Notes under the pieces: model-generated
The model's database searches: none
The model's input: only the letters and a program-made list of their open reading frames with translations
What the model was told of the DNA's origin: nothing
Position numbers and translations under genes: made by a program
Assembly: GCA_028023455.1 (NCBI GenBank)
Contig: JAQFVV010000009.1
Location: 10,168,001 to 10,232,000, forward strand
Origin: Epiperipatus broadwayi
Taxonomy: Eukaryota; Animalia; Onychophora
Length of the DNA: 64,000 nt
Direction of reading: 5' to 3'
In this document: one piece after another, positions 1 to 13,465 of the stretch
Layout: every line of letters begins with the position of its first letter
Position numbering within the stretch: the stretch's first letter is position 1

Positions 1-2949
1 TAGCCAATATCTTTTTACAATTTATTTCAGATAAAGAAAAGCTAAATCACACTTCAAATATATTTTTGTTATTCTCTTGAAGTTCTTTGTGAAGATTTTT
101 TTCCCCCTTCAACATGATAGAGATTGTATACAGATAATTCATTTGTTTTTTAGGGTTTTTTTTGCTTAATACATATAGAGAATAAGATTATGCTAGTGTG
201 TGACAACATTATCAAAAATAGTGAAGTAAAAATATTCGAAGTGAGTAAGCTTGAAACTTGCTGTTTTTCTTGAATTATTAATATCACATTAGTGATGTAA
301 ATGAGATTCAATATGTTCAATAATACAATGACTTCATATGGTTTAAGTTTAGTGAATGATAAGTCAAGGTTTTGAGGGAATGTAAGAATGTTAAGATATA
401 TGCATCTGGTAAAATAATTTATTGTAATTGTGTAAGAAAATAATTAATATGAATAAGTGTTGGATAAAATTGTTTTTCATGTATTAATGGCAGATTGACA
501 AGATCATCAAACAGCATCCTTGAGGAACAGAGATTGTTATGTCATAATTGCTTTACTTATGCAAATGAATAATATAATTCATGATAGGAAAACTTCTGAA
601 CATCAATTGCCTAGATGATTTATTGAATATACATGTGTAATCCAATATCCCTTATTGATGAGTTCCAGAAGTTGCTCTGGAAATTTCATTAATTCTGTCA
701 TGTAATGTCCAAAGATTTTTCTTCGTTATGTAAGTGGCTCTAGATTAGTGTGATAGAAGGAACTATTTTTATTAGTGCCAGATGTTAAATGGATACTACC
801 ACAATATTGTTATAAATTTATTTGGGATATGTCATATAAAAAGAATAAAAAGCAAAGTAGATTTTATCAAAACAAGATCATTATTTTGAGTGTTTGCAGA
901 GTCGAAGTTATCTAAATAGTCCATTTGCTATCTCAGAATGGTAAAAAATAGACTGAAATTGATGACACTTAAAAGATTTGTGGATGATTATCATTAAAGA
1001 AGAAGATAATTTCAAAGTGGAAGCGCTCCAGCATTAGAAGATATATTCAATTAATGCATTGAGCCTTTTTTATTCTTAGTAGAGTATTCAATGCTGATAC
1101 TTTATTCTTGAGATAAAAGGCTGGATAATTATTTTTGGAAAGCTATTAATATTTTACTCATTATATATAAAAGCACACACATATATATGGATATTTTATT
1201 GTAAATAAATGTTAAGATTTCAATATGAACAAAAACTCTGAAGTTGGTTTTTAGAAAGAACAAAATGACATTGATTAATGCAGAAAAGACAGCAGGGAAA
1301 ATAAGATCTGGATGTTTTTATGAGGATTAATAGAAGGACCATAAATTACGATTTTTAGATGCAGTGTTGTATACAAATGGAGGAGAACCCAGAATAAATA
1401 TTTTGATACATAATTTTGAGGAGGAAAACAATTGAGCTTCCCCCACCCACACACACACATTAATAATAATTATAACATTATGGTATGAAATAATGTTGAT
1501 AATAAAATGAATAATGAAAAAGTGTGCATATATTGTGAAATATAGCACCATTATAAAAATAAAAGGTAAGCCTAAATTTTTATAAAAAGAATACTGTGAT
1601 CAAAAAATAATTTCCATTAGTACTCAGAAAAAAGTTTGCTCTATGTTTATTGAGTTCACAATTAACACTTGTGTAATCTTTAATGTTACTAATACAGAGA
1701 AAGTTTTATAACTTTCGTTTTATAATTACTTATCCTTTTTTGTTCTTTGCAAAAATCATTTTCGCCTGTGAGGTCACAACTGACTTATATAAATTTGAAA
1801 AATGCTTTGTTTTCTTTTGCAAACTTCCAAACATTAAAAGCCAAGTGAAGGTAAAACAGTTAAAAAAAAACAACAATATTTAAATTGTAATTTTTTCCCA
1901 TAATTGTTTATTATATATATTATGGACCCCCCCCCCCCAGTAAATATTATTTATATATGACATAATGGTGTTTTTTTAAAAAAACAAAAATTGAATACCA
2001 GTGCAAAAGGTGTATGATACATGAGAATTCATGCATGGAAACAATTGGCTTATTGCTGTGAAGTATTGCCACTCTTAATGTAGAGAAAAATATAAAAAAA
2101 AAAGTATGATAAAAGATTTAAAAAAATCTTTTTAAAAAATCTTTTAATAATTCACTCTCTTCCAACACAGAGTAATGTTAATTGTTGATGAAGAGTATTC
2201 TTTCAACTGATGCCATATTTGGATTTATATATTCTAAGTTCATGCACTTAATTTACAATTTTATCTCAATCATTTTTTTATCATGTTATTAAATTTTAGA
2301 TACTTTTTGTATGTCTTATTAAAAAAAGTTTTCCTCTATTTTTTTTTTTTGTCAAACAATAGCCATCTTCTCTTTCTTGTCTTTTTTTTTTTTAATTTTA
2401 AATACAAATATTTTGTTTCTCAGCTTGAGTTGATTAAGTATGTTAAAATAGTCTTACTTATCATGAAAGAAAATAATTTTGAATTAAACTTTATATGTAC
2501 GAGAGGAAGAAAGGGATCTTGTATCGTAGCTGTTAATGCACCTCTCTGCCTTATTCAAAACCTGGATTTAAATCCTGATGGAGCTTGTAAATTTTTTTAT
2601 AGAGGTAGGACTTTTAAGTAAGCTTGAAATTTTTGTTAGTGATCTCACATTTAATGTCTGTTTCTAGGTAGATGGTGAAAAACAATAGTAAAGCTTTAAC
2701 AAATTAGCAGATGATTAGCCTGATAAACAATGTCTTTTTTTTTCCATTATTTTTCGGAAGATGGATTCTAAAGAAATTTTGTTTTGCTATGATTTGTTTA
2801 ATGTTTTTTTTTTTTTATCTATATATAAAATAACATTTTTGCTAAGAACTATTCATTACAATTAAGTCAGCACTTAATTATATTTGTGGTAATTTATTAC
2901 GTTTTATCTGAAAAAAATTATTATATTCCTGGGTAAAATAAAAAGAATC

Positions 2950-3060
2950 AGATGGCTTGTTACTCAGGAGTTTATAAGTAATTTAAGCACTGAAGTGACA
3001 GAGCTAGATTTACTTTTCATGGATCTTGGGCTCCAGACTCTACCATTCTGTCATGCTCCA
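2950..3060 (-). mobile_element. Degenerate tRNA-head SINE remnant (MIR/CORE-like head); related copies near 39295-39380 and 39600-39665
   Basis: Minus strand reads GCATGACAGAATGGTAGAGTCTGGAGCCCAAGATCC...CTCTGTCACTTC, similar to GCAATGGTAAAGTACTGGACCTAAGAGC...TTTGTCACTTCCGG at 39303-39371. Resemblance judged by eye only. Confidence 0.3.
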
Positions 3061-6000
3061 AAATTTAATTATAAATTTGTATGTACAAATGCCTCTTGAA
3101 ACAAATCATCATAAAACAAATTTGGCATATGTAAAAAATAATCATTTATATTCAAGAATCATTCCGAGTTCCAATTAAATTCTCAGTGTAGTTTTTGTGT
3201 GAGTTATTCATAAGTTGGATTTATTTGTTTTTTACTATCCAACTTAATGATCTGAGATTTAATCAATCCAAAATTTTGAGCCCATTTTTTTTGCATAGTG
3301 ATATTGAATCTCACTTTAGGATTGACCTCAGTTATATGGTATTATAAACATCTCTGGGTCTTTGGAAAAAATAGCATATCTAAAAAAAATCATGTGACTT
3401 TTTCTGATTATTTTTGACAAATAGTCCTAATACAGATATTGAAATTAACTTAGAAAATCTTGTTCGAGCATAGATTTATTATATCTAATTAATTTATATA
3501 TTAATCATGTATTTCTGTTGTGCATGTGTACATATATATTAAGTTATCCATTTTAAGACAAGCAAAGATATTGAGTACTATGATTGAAAAGTAAAATTTG
3601 ATCACTATCAATGGTAGCATGTCACTGCTTGCCATTTTCTTAATGGTGTTTGTTCTAATTCTCAACATTTAGAACCACATCATAAAGTTTAATGAATCAT
3701 TTGTGCCATTTATTTTATAATAAAAATATAAAACTAATGTATAAAATAAGTAAATGCTATTAAAGAATGAATGTGCAAAAGGGTTGTTGTGAACAATAAA
3801 ATTATTCACTTGAAAAATGGCTTTTTAAAAAAAAAACAAAAAAACTCTGCTATCCATCAAAGTCAAACTTATATCCTTATACTTATGATTTAGAAAATAT
3901 ATCATTTTTGAAGTAGATTTCTAGATTATACAGTCCAACAATAAATAGAATTCAAGTCATACATGTTTAAACTTTCAGATCATCATTTTAAATAGCACAA
4001 TAAGAGTAAAAAAATTTGCTAAATGTCTCGTTTGTAATACAATTATTTTTAATTATGAGGCTACTGGCTTTAATATTATGAAAACATATCCTCATTCTCA
4101 AATATAAATTTCTTACTTTCATCATATTAATGAGGTTAATATTCATAGTAGATCTCTAAATAAACACTTTTATTTGTACTTTTAATGTTATTTATAAATA
4201 TTAACAATTACTAATGTTATATTAAGCAATTTTTATTTTAAGAATTTTCATTATTACTTGTACTTTTTTGTAATATTTTTAAAGAATATTTTTTGTTAAA
4301 GATGTTTTAATACTTGGTACAGTTATTTTCAGTTATATGTAACTTAAAATGGCTTACTTAAAGTTGTTTCTTATTAAGTCTACATATTAACAAAGCTTTA
4401 GAAGATATTTATTTATAAATAAATATCTCAGTATCATTAATGTGCTTTTCACTACTAGGCAGTGATGACCTCTAATATCAATCACAGCTAATTCTACTTC
4501 AGAGTATCTATTATTTTCATTCTTTGCTGTTTCTATCTTCTTAACTTATTATCTTGGATTAGATAGGGATGATATCTATTTTCAATCACGCTATTTCATT
4601 TTTAGTTTTTTTTTTTTTTTGCATTTTACAATAATGATCATTATTATCAATCATTTTAAATCAATACTTGATTAATTGACTATGAGGATTGATTTAATAA
4701 CAAATAATGAAAACAATAAGCAATGATATTTAATTCTATTTTACCATTTAGCTATGTAGAAATTATTCATATTTGTAGTTACTTCTTTTGTATTAGCATA
4801 ATTTCATAACCACAATTTACTCCATCAATATATTCATATTTATCTAGTTTTAATTTGAATGATACTTCTTGGCAAGTTGTTATTAAAACAGTAATATTAT
4901 AAGACGGGAGTCTTCTAATTTGGAATAGACATCGTTCAAGACACTATGATCAGCATCTTTTCGACTGTTTGTGTTTTCTATTTATTAGGGATTGATAGTA
5001 ACATAAGTATAACTATAATTTGTTTTTTTTTTTTTTTTGTAAATGAATGATATCAAGTAAAATTTTATACATATATATATATATATATAATTTTTCATGA
5101 TCCAATGTGTACTTTTTTTACCAGTTTGTAAAATAAAACTCCACACTCTGTATTTTTTTTTGTAATTTGTTTTATTATTAAATTGATCAAAATGTATAGA
5201 CTAAGCTCTTATAAGGTTTTTTTTGAAGTTGAGTAAATTATGTCAAAATTTAAAATATAGATGATGAATGTTCAGTACAGTTAAAACATTTCAATAATTT
5301 AATATCAAAATAAGCAATGTTTAATAGAACAGAGAGTGCATTCTAATCATCTTTACAATAAGAATGGCTTTATATAGATATGGATATTAAAAAACGAAAT
5401 TTCATTTTTAATGCATGTATGATTAGTATTTGTAATCCACTTTATAAGTGCAATATTTCAAAGAAGCATTCTGTAATTACAACGCTCTATAATAAATATT
5501 AATTGACTACTAGTTCCTCTTTTTATTTAACCATTCAATTTCTGCACACGTGTGGTATTATTTTTAACCATATCTATAATTCTTATATTTCAAATACAAG
5601 TTTTATTTTTACAAAATAAAATAGTTTTGTACATGAATATGGAAGTCAAAGAAAGACAGTCATACATATATAAAATAGTAAAAATGTATATTTAGTCTTT
5701 AATACTAATAAAAAAAGACAAATCAATATCTAAAGTTAAAAGAATTATGATAATTTATAATCTAATGAAAAGTGGTTGTTGATCATCATTTCTGCATTTA
5801 TTGAAAGACTATTGTACTTAAAGAATGCTTTCTTAAGGCAATTGTAAAGTGAATTTATATAGTATGAATTAAATAAATATTGGAGTAATGATATTTGACA
5901 TTTAGGAATAAGACATTTGGGAACTAAATGATTTGGCCTAACTGAAAAGATTGATTTAATCATAATTCATATCAATTAAAAGACATTTTCATATTTTGTC

Positions 6001-7006
6001 AAATATCTACAACTTCATGTTTACTGTTTAAGAGGAATAATTGTTTAAAAATATTTATACATTTCTATTGCTAATTTAACAAGAACTTTATGATATTTGC
6101 ATTATTAGAAACAAGATTCAATCACTATTAGGTTCAATTTGAATTTTTTTTTCTGGCATAGTTTTTAAAAATCAAGTTGGAGTCCCTTAGCTCATAGATA
6201 ATTACATTCAGATGGCCATTTTGTCTAGTTGTGAGATTTTTTTTTTTTAAAAAATCAGTAAGGAAACAGTAGAATTAATTATAATGTAAATGCTTTAATG
6301 AATTATCTATTATAATTTGGAAATAAAATATAAAAGTCAAACTAATTATATTTCAGTTTACAAATGTGTTTTGAAGTAAACTAGATTTAATCTCAAAAGG
6401 GTTTTAATGTTTTGTGCTTTTATTATATATAAAAGCACAAAATTACATAACAAAAAACCCTGATAATTTGTATAAAAAGCATGTCGTTTAGATTTTTTTT
6501 AATAGATCGGTGTAGTTAAGGTAAAACAAACTTAAGCTCTTTAAAGACTAAGGCATCACCATCCAGCTGCAGATAAAAATTGAAGACATTCTTTTTGTTA
6601 GTTCGTCAAATTTCATAACTTTCTCTATTTTATAACTAAATAAATATTCATTTACCAAATAATAATTAGATTGATAGCTAATTTGTCTACCAGTTATAAA
6701 TTTTACATTAAACTGAAATTATGTCAAAATTTAATTTCTAACTGAAGATCATGGATATAGTAGAGAAATTTGCTATTATGCCATGAAGCTGTTCATGTAT
6801 ATATGTATGTGTATGTATAATATTAGGTAGTGATGAATTTATATATAAAAGTAAACTATGAACTCATTACCAAAAATAAGACTTTTTACCGGTGATGAAA
6901 TTGCTTACATTACAATCATTTTACAATTAATGCATTGACACTTAGCACCTAAGGGTTAACCTTTACCCTCTGGCTAAGAATAGACATGTCACAAACAATA
7001 TATATA

Positions 7007-7507
7007 TACATTTAGAAGAGATTTGAACTCAGACTTTCAAGCTCTCTACAGATATTCACTCCAGCTTATACAACCGATAATGACCATATACATGTGAAAA
7101 AGATGAACGATCTCCAATATATATATATTTTGTGCTGAGTCAGCTTTCGTCAGTCAGTCTAAATCACTACGTCCTAAACATATATGCAATCAGTGCTTAG
7201 TTTATATTAAGATAATAAATCTTCAAACTTTAATGAACAAGCATCAATCTTTTCCACCCCCAACTTTTCAGCCATCCACATCATTGACAATTTGAGGATG
7301 GATCACTCAAAGCCTCAGTTGATGCCAATATTATTGCCATATCCATATTTACTTTAAGTCAGTCTGACTCCTCACACGTAGGACCTTAATACGGCCATTT
7401 AATTAAATAAATGAGGGATAGGAAGAATACAGGCTGAATATGTAATATTTAAATATATCTATCTATCTATACTAAACTTAATATAATTAGAAGATATTTG
7501 AACTCAA
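7007..7507 (-). mobile_element. Hammerhead-bearing repeat family, copy C (slightly more than one ~475-bp unit)
   Basis: Reverse complement of the 12.5-13.4 kb units over its whole length. The motif GAACTC(A) recurs at 7025 and 7500, giving a period of 475 with terminal redundancy. Confidence 0.8.
7109..7165 (-). ncRNA. Degenerate type I hammerhead ribozyme relic
   Basis: Minus strand: GATTT AGACTGA CTGACGA AAGCTG ACT CAGCAC AAAA TATATATATA TTGG AGATC. The CUGANGA core is intact, stem II is partial, GAAA has decayed to AAAA at a CpG, and stem III is a palindromic TA tract. Copies A and B supply the missing positions. Confidence 0.55.
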
Positions 7508-7645
7508 ATCATTTATCTTTTTCACATGTAGGTGTTTGTGTTTTGGTTGTATAAGATGCAGTGGATAGCTATAGGGAGTTTAAAAGTCTAGTTCAAGTCT
7601 CTTCTAATTACTTTAAGTTTAACATAGATAATATACATGTATATT
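7506..7645 (+). mobile_element. Hammerhead-bearing repeat family, partial copy D, inverted against copy C
   Basis: AAATCATTTATCTTTTTCACATG...GGTTGTATAAGATGCAGTGGATAGC...GTTCAAGTC matches the 3' part of units A and B. Confidence 0.75.
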
Positions 7646-10600
7646 CTAACTATCAAAAATTTTGAAAATGAATTTTTTATTGGTAAACGAATAAATTTAT
7701 ATATTGCGATTTCTCACGAAGTTATATTTTACTAAATGAATAGATTTTGTTAAACGAATAAGTTTTGGGCTAGGGGATCGATGTTTAATAGGCTTCCACG
7801 TTGTAGCCATTTCTAACAATTAAAAATATCTAAGTGTATTATTGTATTTTTGAAATATGAAAATTTAAGTGTATTATAAATTAACGACAGATGCATTTCT
7901 TAAGTATCAATCAAATATGCAATGCATCAATTATATATATTCTGGTATACTAAGTATAGATCAAATAATTTCTAAGTATAGATTTAATCTAATAATTTCT
8001 CAAATATAATGCATAGACTAATATATTTCATACGTGTATAAATTAAATATAACCTTCGTGCGACCGCGTTACAGGCCAATTGTAACTATACAAAATCAAT
8101 TCAAACAAATAAAAAGTTATTCTTTATTTTGTTAACTTTATATAAACTTATTAAAGTAACATGAAACGCATTTTGCAATCTCTCAATCGGTCATCCACAA
8201 TAAATTTCAAACATAACTAAACGATTGGGGGAGCTTCCGAATATCATATATATTATTGGATAGTTTAAGCTAATTATAACCTTATTATAACCAATGAGAA
8301 TTTTATTCAAATGATCTCACATCCACGTTATGGATTAATTATATTATATTCAAACTATATGGCATTTACACATTTGCAGATAAATTGCATGCCATATACA
8401 ACATTTTAAGAATGGATCGATGGATACTTCATCATTCCCAGCTGACACTATTTCTGAGGCCTACTGAGATGATGATGATGATACAGAACATTTATAAGCT
8501 TATTTGCCAGGGCGCCAAATTGCAGCTCCAATAAAATATAGAGGTGAAATCTCAATACAATGCTCTTAGTAATAATATTTCATGAATGGGTTAATACATA
8601 ATTAATTTAGAGAACACTGAGAACGCATTAAAATTGACAATATTAATATCTTTAAGAATTCCAGGCTATTCTCAGCATAATCCCATTCACTATGATTAAA
8701 GCTACAATTAAATTTTATTCTAATTATAAAGTTCTATATTCATCTCCATCTTCCTGATCCATCCCTTCATCAATTTCATGTCCCTATGTCTATTACACTA
8801 TTATTTATTTTATCATTAAATTTTACATCTTTGCTAGCTCATCTCCTCTCATTCTAATCTCTTCTCAGGGTTTTTCGAACAATTAAGTGTGGAAATCGAA
8901 TAAGCTGCGATAAGTTATTGGTGATAAACATTCCTCTCTTGATCGCCTCTAAGGTGATCTCAGTTGTCTTTAATGCAATCTAATATCAATTTACATTAAA
9001 GCTGGAATATTTTAAGCTTATTAAATCTTTATAAACACATCATAAAACATAGTCGCAATTATAACAAAATTATAATAAAATAAAATGCGTCTAGGGAGAA
9101 AGGATTTTATGCCCACCCCCTGCACTCGCTATCACTCAATACTATCTCTATTCATAATTTATACTTCAACAATATTAAATTATTTGGTAATTTTAAGCCT
9201 TTGAAATTAACCTTTTAAATAGTTTTACTAAATATTAATTAAGTACATGATAATTCAAATATTCATAATAATATTATATTGATGTATGATTGGATTGGAA
9301 ACATCTAGATAATAATAACCCACAAAAACATGGAGACACACGCAAATTTTATTTAAAACAAATAACAAATTTTATTTGACAAACTATAATTCAATCAATA
9401 CAAAACATATACATTACATTATATCTACACTTTCTTTTTACCTTAAATATACTAAATACCAATTTCTTCCCGTTTTCAATGCTTTCTCCTTTTATTACAG
9501 ATATATTGTAGAAAATATATAATCTATTTTTTCCCTAATTAAATTTAATAATTTTATTTAATAAATTTAAAGTTTATATTCCCTTGCAAATTTCTTGATC
9601 TTATCCGATCATCCTGATTAAATATTCTTTGGCCCTAATCTTTACAACAGAGATATCTTAATAATAGTAAGACTAAGTCATTGCAAATAAATTGGCATTA
9701 AGATCAAACATCATCCTAGTGCACTCTCTATGTTCATGTTCTTATAACATAATATTTTAACAATACTACCTTTCCAGTGAAGTTCTCAGCTGGCCATGTA
9801 AATATTTATTAAATACATTTATATATGCTGTTTTATTTCACCCTTAACAGTTATTAACTTAATTATGTTGGCTCGTATGCTAAATCAAATCTACAAAAAC
9901 GATATTCAAATACACCAATTGCACATACGTTATCTGCATTCATTGCAACCTGGTATCCAATACTTATAATAATGCTTATCATGGCTATCCTCTCATACAC
10001 ATGTAAGGAATATCAAATATTAATATGAGGCAGGCAGTGACCCAAATAAGAGAGAACCTTTTCACTAAGGTTGAGATATGCTAGGATTTTTATTGCTAGT
10101 CATATAAAAACATAGGTATACCAAATACCTCTGGCCATCAAAATAAGAAACCTACGGTGTAGAGAATACTCAAGTGGGAAAACTATTCCACTGGGTTCAA
10201 ATACTTTTAAAAATATAGCATATATCTCAGTGAGTTAAACCACTGAATTGGTGGAGATCTTGGTCTATCCACACACATGCAGGTCAAAACATCAAATTAT
10301 ACAAGTAAACTTTCACAATCTTAATATTCTTGCAAAGTAGTGTACTGGAATATGAGCCCATAAATTTTCCAAGCATAAATCAGCTTGTTTCTGGCCTTAA
10401 ATTTATGATAACAATAATAATAAGCAATAAGAAATGCGCACAAAATTCTCAAAACTATTTCCATGCACTTTTATAAAAAATAAAAATGATGATGATACTC
10501 AATAGACAAGCAATTCATTTATAAGTCTAAACATTTGATAATAACTTCTGATGCTAATAATAATATCTCTTAACTGTTTTTTTTTTAAATTGAGAAAAAA

Positions 10601-11363
10601 AAATTGTTTGTAAAGCATTTTAAATAAGGCATATAACTTTCATCTACCCCCAAAATGACCATAATAACAAAAGCATTTAAATAAACATATATAAAATCAT
10701 CTGAAATCAATTTCTACCCCAAAATAATACAATAGTAATTACATGAATTAATTTTAAAATAGACGATATACGTGATATACACTACAAAGAAAGAAATTCG
10801 TTTATATATATATATATTAAATGTCCTACACACATAAAGAGCAAATAATAATAATAATAATAATAATAAAAATTATACTTATATAAGTCTTTTAGTAGGT
10901 GTTCTTCCAGGCTCCTGATTTCTACTTCTCCTTTTTTTTTCTCCTTGACTGGTTTATGAGAGCATATAAGTCCTTATAAAAAGTTCTTTTGATAGAGTTC
11001 AGTTCCTTTTCTCTCATATATACAGTTTTTATTTTGCTGAATGCATTCCTCATTCCCAACTCTAGGTAGATTACCTTTAAACTTTGTTATTTTCTGCAAG
11101 TTTCAGTTAAACAGCCTTCATTTAACTTTTTCACAATATCAGTCTGTTTTTGATTGTCCTTTTCCAATTTTAATTTCATTTTGTAGATTTAAATTGACTT
11201 ATATATGCATCAAACTTTTGAGTTTTAAATTTTACTATTTGCATATATCTAAATGATATTAAACTCAAATTTTAACTTCTGTGGTTTAAAGTTTTATTAC
11301 CATCTGCTGAATAGCTGACTTTTGGAGGTTCAAGTTGTGTGTGCCCACTTAAAATTTACTCAC

Positions 11364-11392
11364 CATACATTGTTATAATTAGCCAAATTATT
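11364..11392 (-). CDS. Candidate 29-nt internal exon of an unidentified host gene
   Basis: Strong acceptor TTTTTTTGTACTTGGTCTCTTCAG and consensus donor ATG|GTGAGT. Two frames are open (NNLANYNNV or IIWLIITMY). Confidence 0.35.
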
Positions 11393-12524
11393 CTGAAGAG
11401 ACCAAGTACAAAAAAATGATTTTCAATTTTATAACAGTTTTCTTTTAGTCAATGAAGGAAAACTGCTACAGATAAGTTTTAAAAATACAAGCCAGTTTAA
11501 AATAAAAAGAAGCCCCTCTTTTTTTCCTCCTTTAACACAGCTTTTATAGAGATATCCACCTGTTTTCTTTATCTTTATAATTAACTGACAGGTTACCCCT
11601 TCTCAATCAATTTTGATCTTTTGCCCCTCCAGAAAAATAAGGCACAAACTCCATTTCAAACAGTCACGATTAATTTTACAATCTAACAATTAATTGCCAA
11701 TTAATTTTTTGACACTCTAACACACCAGACTATCGTTAATGGTCTATTAATGGTCCACTTAAATTCCTTAGTGAGATCTGTCTTTTAAGGAATGATAATT
11801 AACTGAGTAAGATAATACCAACACTAAAAATAATCTTACTTTTTCCCTTTAATAGTGAAACCAAATATCTATTGCAGCTGTTTCAAACTCAGACTTTATA
11901 TTAAATTTGGCTGCTAATATTAAACTTATTTAAAATATTTTAATTTCTTATTTAAAATTGCTTTACAACATGTAAGAAATGATTATTAATTGTAAATTGT
12001 ACCATCCAGATTTACAATTAAATTATATATACACACACATCGCAGGTATATACTTTTCTTTAAATTTAGATTTTTAATGCCTTAATCTTTATTTATTACA
12101 ACTATTCTACCTATATTATTATTATTTTTTATTTACTTTCATGAATTATTTATTTCCAACCTAGCATATGATAATGACTATTCATCCTCACTATCCTAAT
12201 GTAGTTTTTAATAGTCACACATCTCCCTATCAACAAATGTGTAAATCTTGCTTTTTCTAATATTTTCTTAATATCAATTTAATCCATAACTTAAAATAAA
12301 ATAATCCTCTGGTTATAAACACATTAACAATAAATTTTTAGATTGCTTACTAGTCAAACATATGCAATCCTTTATAAATATGGGTTCAAACTCGGTCTTG
12401 GCTAAAAATTTTCTTATTACAAAAAAAAAATACATATATTATGAGGAAAATTTGGATAGAACCTTCTCTTTCATAGCTAACTTAAAAAAATGGAGCCTTG
12501 GACAAATCCAAGGGCTACAATATA

Positions 12525-13385
12525 AATATTACATATTCAGCCTGTATTCTGCCCATCCTTCTTCTGTATAATTAAATGGACATATTAAGGTCCTATATGT
12601 GAGGGGTCAGATTGACTTAAGTTCAACCTGAGTATGACAGTAGTATTGACATCAACAGGGACTTTAAGCATTCTTTCAGATTTTAATATGGATGGCTGAA
12701 GAATTGTAGGTGGAGAAGATTGAAGCTTAATCCATTAAAATTTGAAGACTTTCTATCTTAATATAAACTGAGTACAGATTGTATGTATGTGTGAGAGATA
12801 GTGATCTGGATCGACTGATGAATATATTGGATATCTTTTTTTGCTTCACATGAATGTGGTCATGTGTATCAGTTGTATAAAATGGAGTGGATAGCTATAG
12901 GGAGCTTGAAAGTCTGAGTTTGAGTCCTAATTACATTAACTTTAATATAGATAATAGACAATATACATGAATTTAAATATTCTGCCCATCTTTCTTTTGT
13001 ATAATTAAATGAACATATTAAAATACTATGTGTGAGGAGTCATATAGATGATATAATATTGGCATCATTAGGGGCTTTGAGCATTCCATTTCTCAGATTT
13101 TCAATGATATGAATGGCTGAAGAGTTGAAGGTTAGAGAAGATTGAAGCTTGTCCACTAAAGTTTTAAGAATTGCTATCTTACTATAAACTAAATACTGAT
13201 TGCATATATGTGTGAGAGATGGTGATCTGGACCACTAATGAGTGCTGGTTTATCTTTTTTATATGTATATTGTCATAAGTCTTGGTTGTATAAGATGGAG
13301 TGGATAGCTGTAGGAAAACTTGAAATTCTGAGTTCAAGCCTGTCTAATTACATTAAGTTTAGAATAGCTAATGTACATGTATTTA
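12525..13385 (+). mobile_element. Head-to-tail dimer (copies A and B) of the hammerhead-bearing ~430-475-bp repeat
   Basis: ATTCTGCCCATC recurs at 12546 and 12979 (period 433), with colinear similarity throughout. Hammerhead halves lie at 12803-12835 and 13224-13247, and a B-box-like GTTCAAGCC at 13332. Confidence 0.85.
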
Positions 13386-13465
13386 TATATTATATATATA
13401 TTAGTAAGAAAATCAAGTCATCCATCACATAATTTAACTTATTAAGCTTGTACTACAAATGTAAT

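Noticed and set aside
960-1450. KRFVDD and LRFLD motifs suggesting a Penelope RT
   Set aside because: The motifs are about 380 nt apart, far more than expected for these RT motifs, and the sequence between shows no supporting similarity.
2283-2621. 112-aa ORF
   Set aside because: The first two thirds are low-complexity F/L/K from T- and A-runs. The GC-richer tail (AVNAPLCLIQNLDLNPDGA) has only weak splice signals and no recognisable homology.
8050-8100. CpG-rich hairpin resembling a Helitron 3' end
   Set aside because: No CTRR terminus at the expected position and no matching 5' TC end identified.
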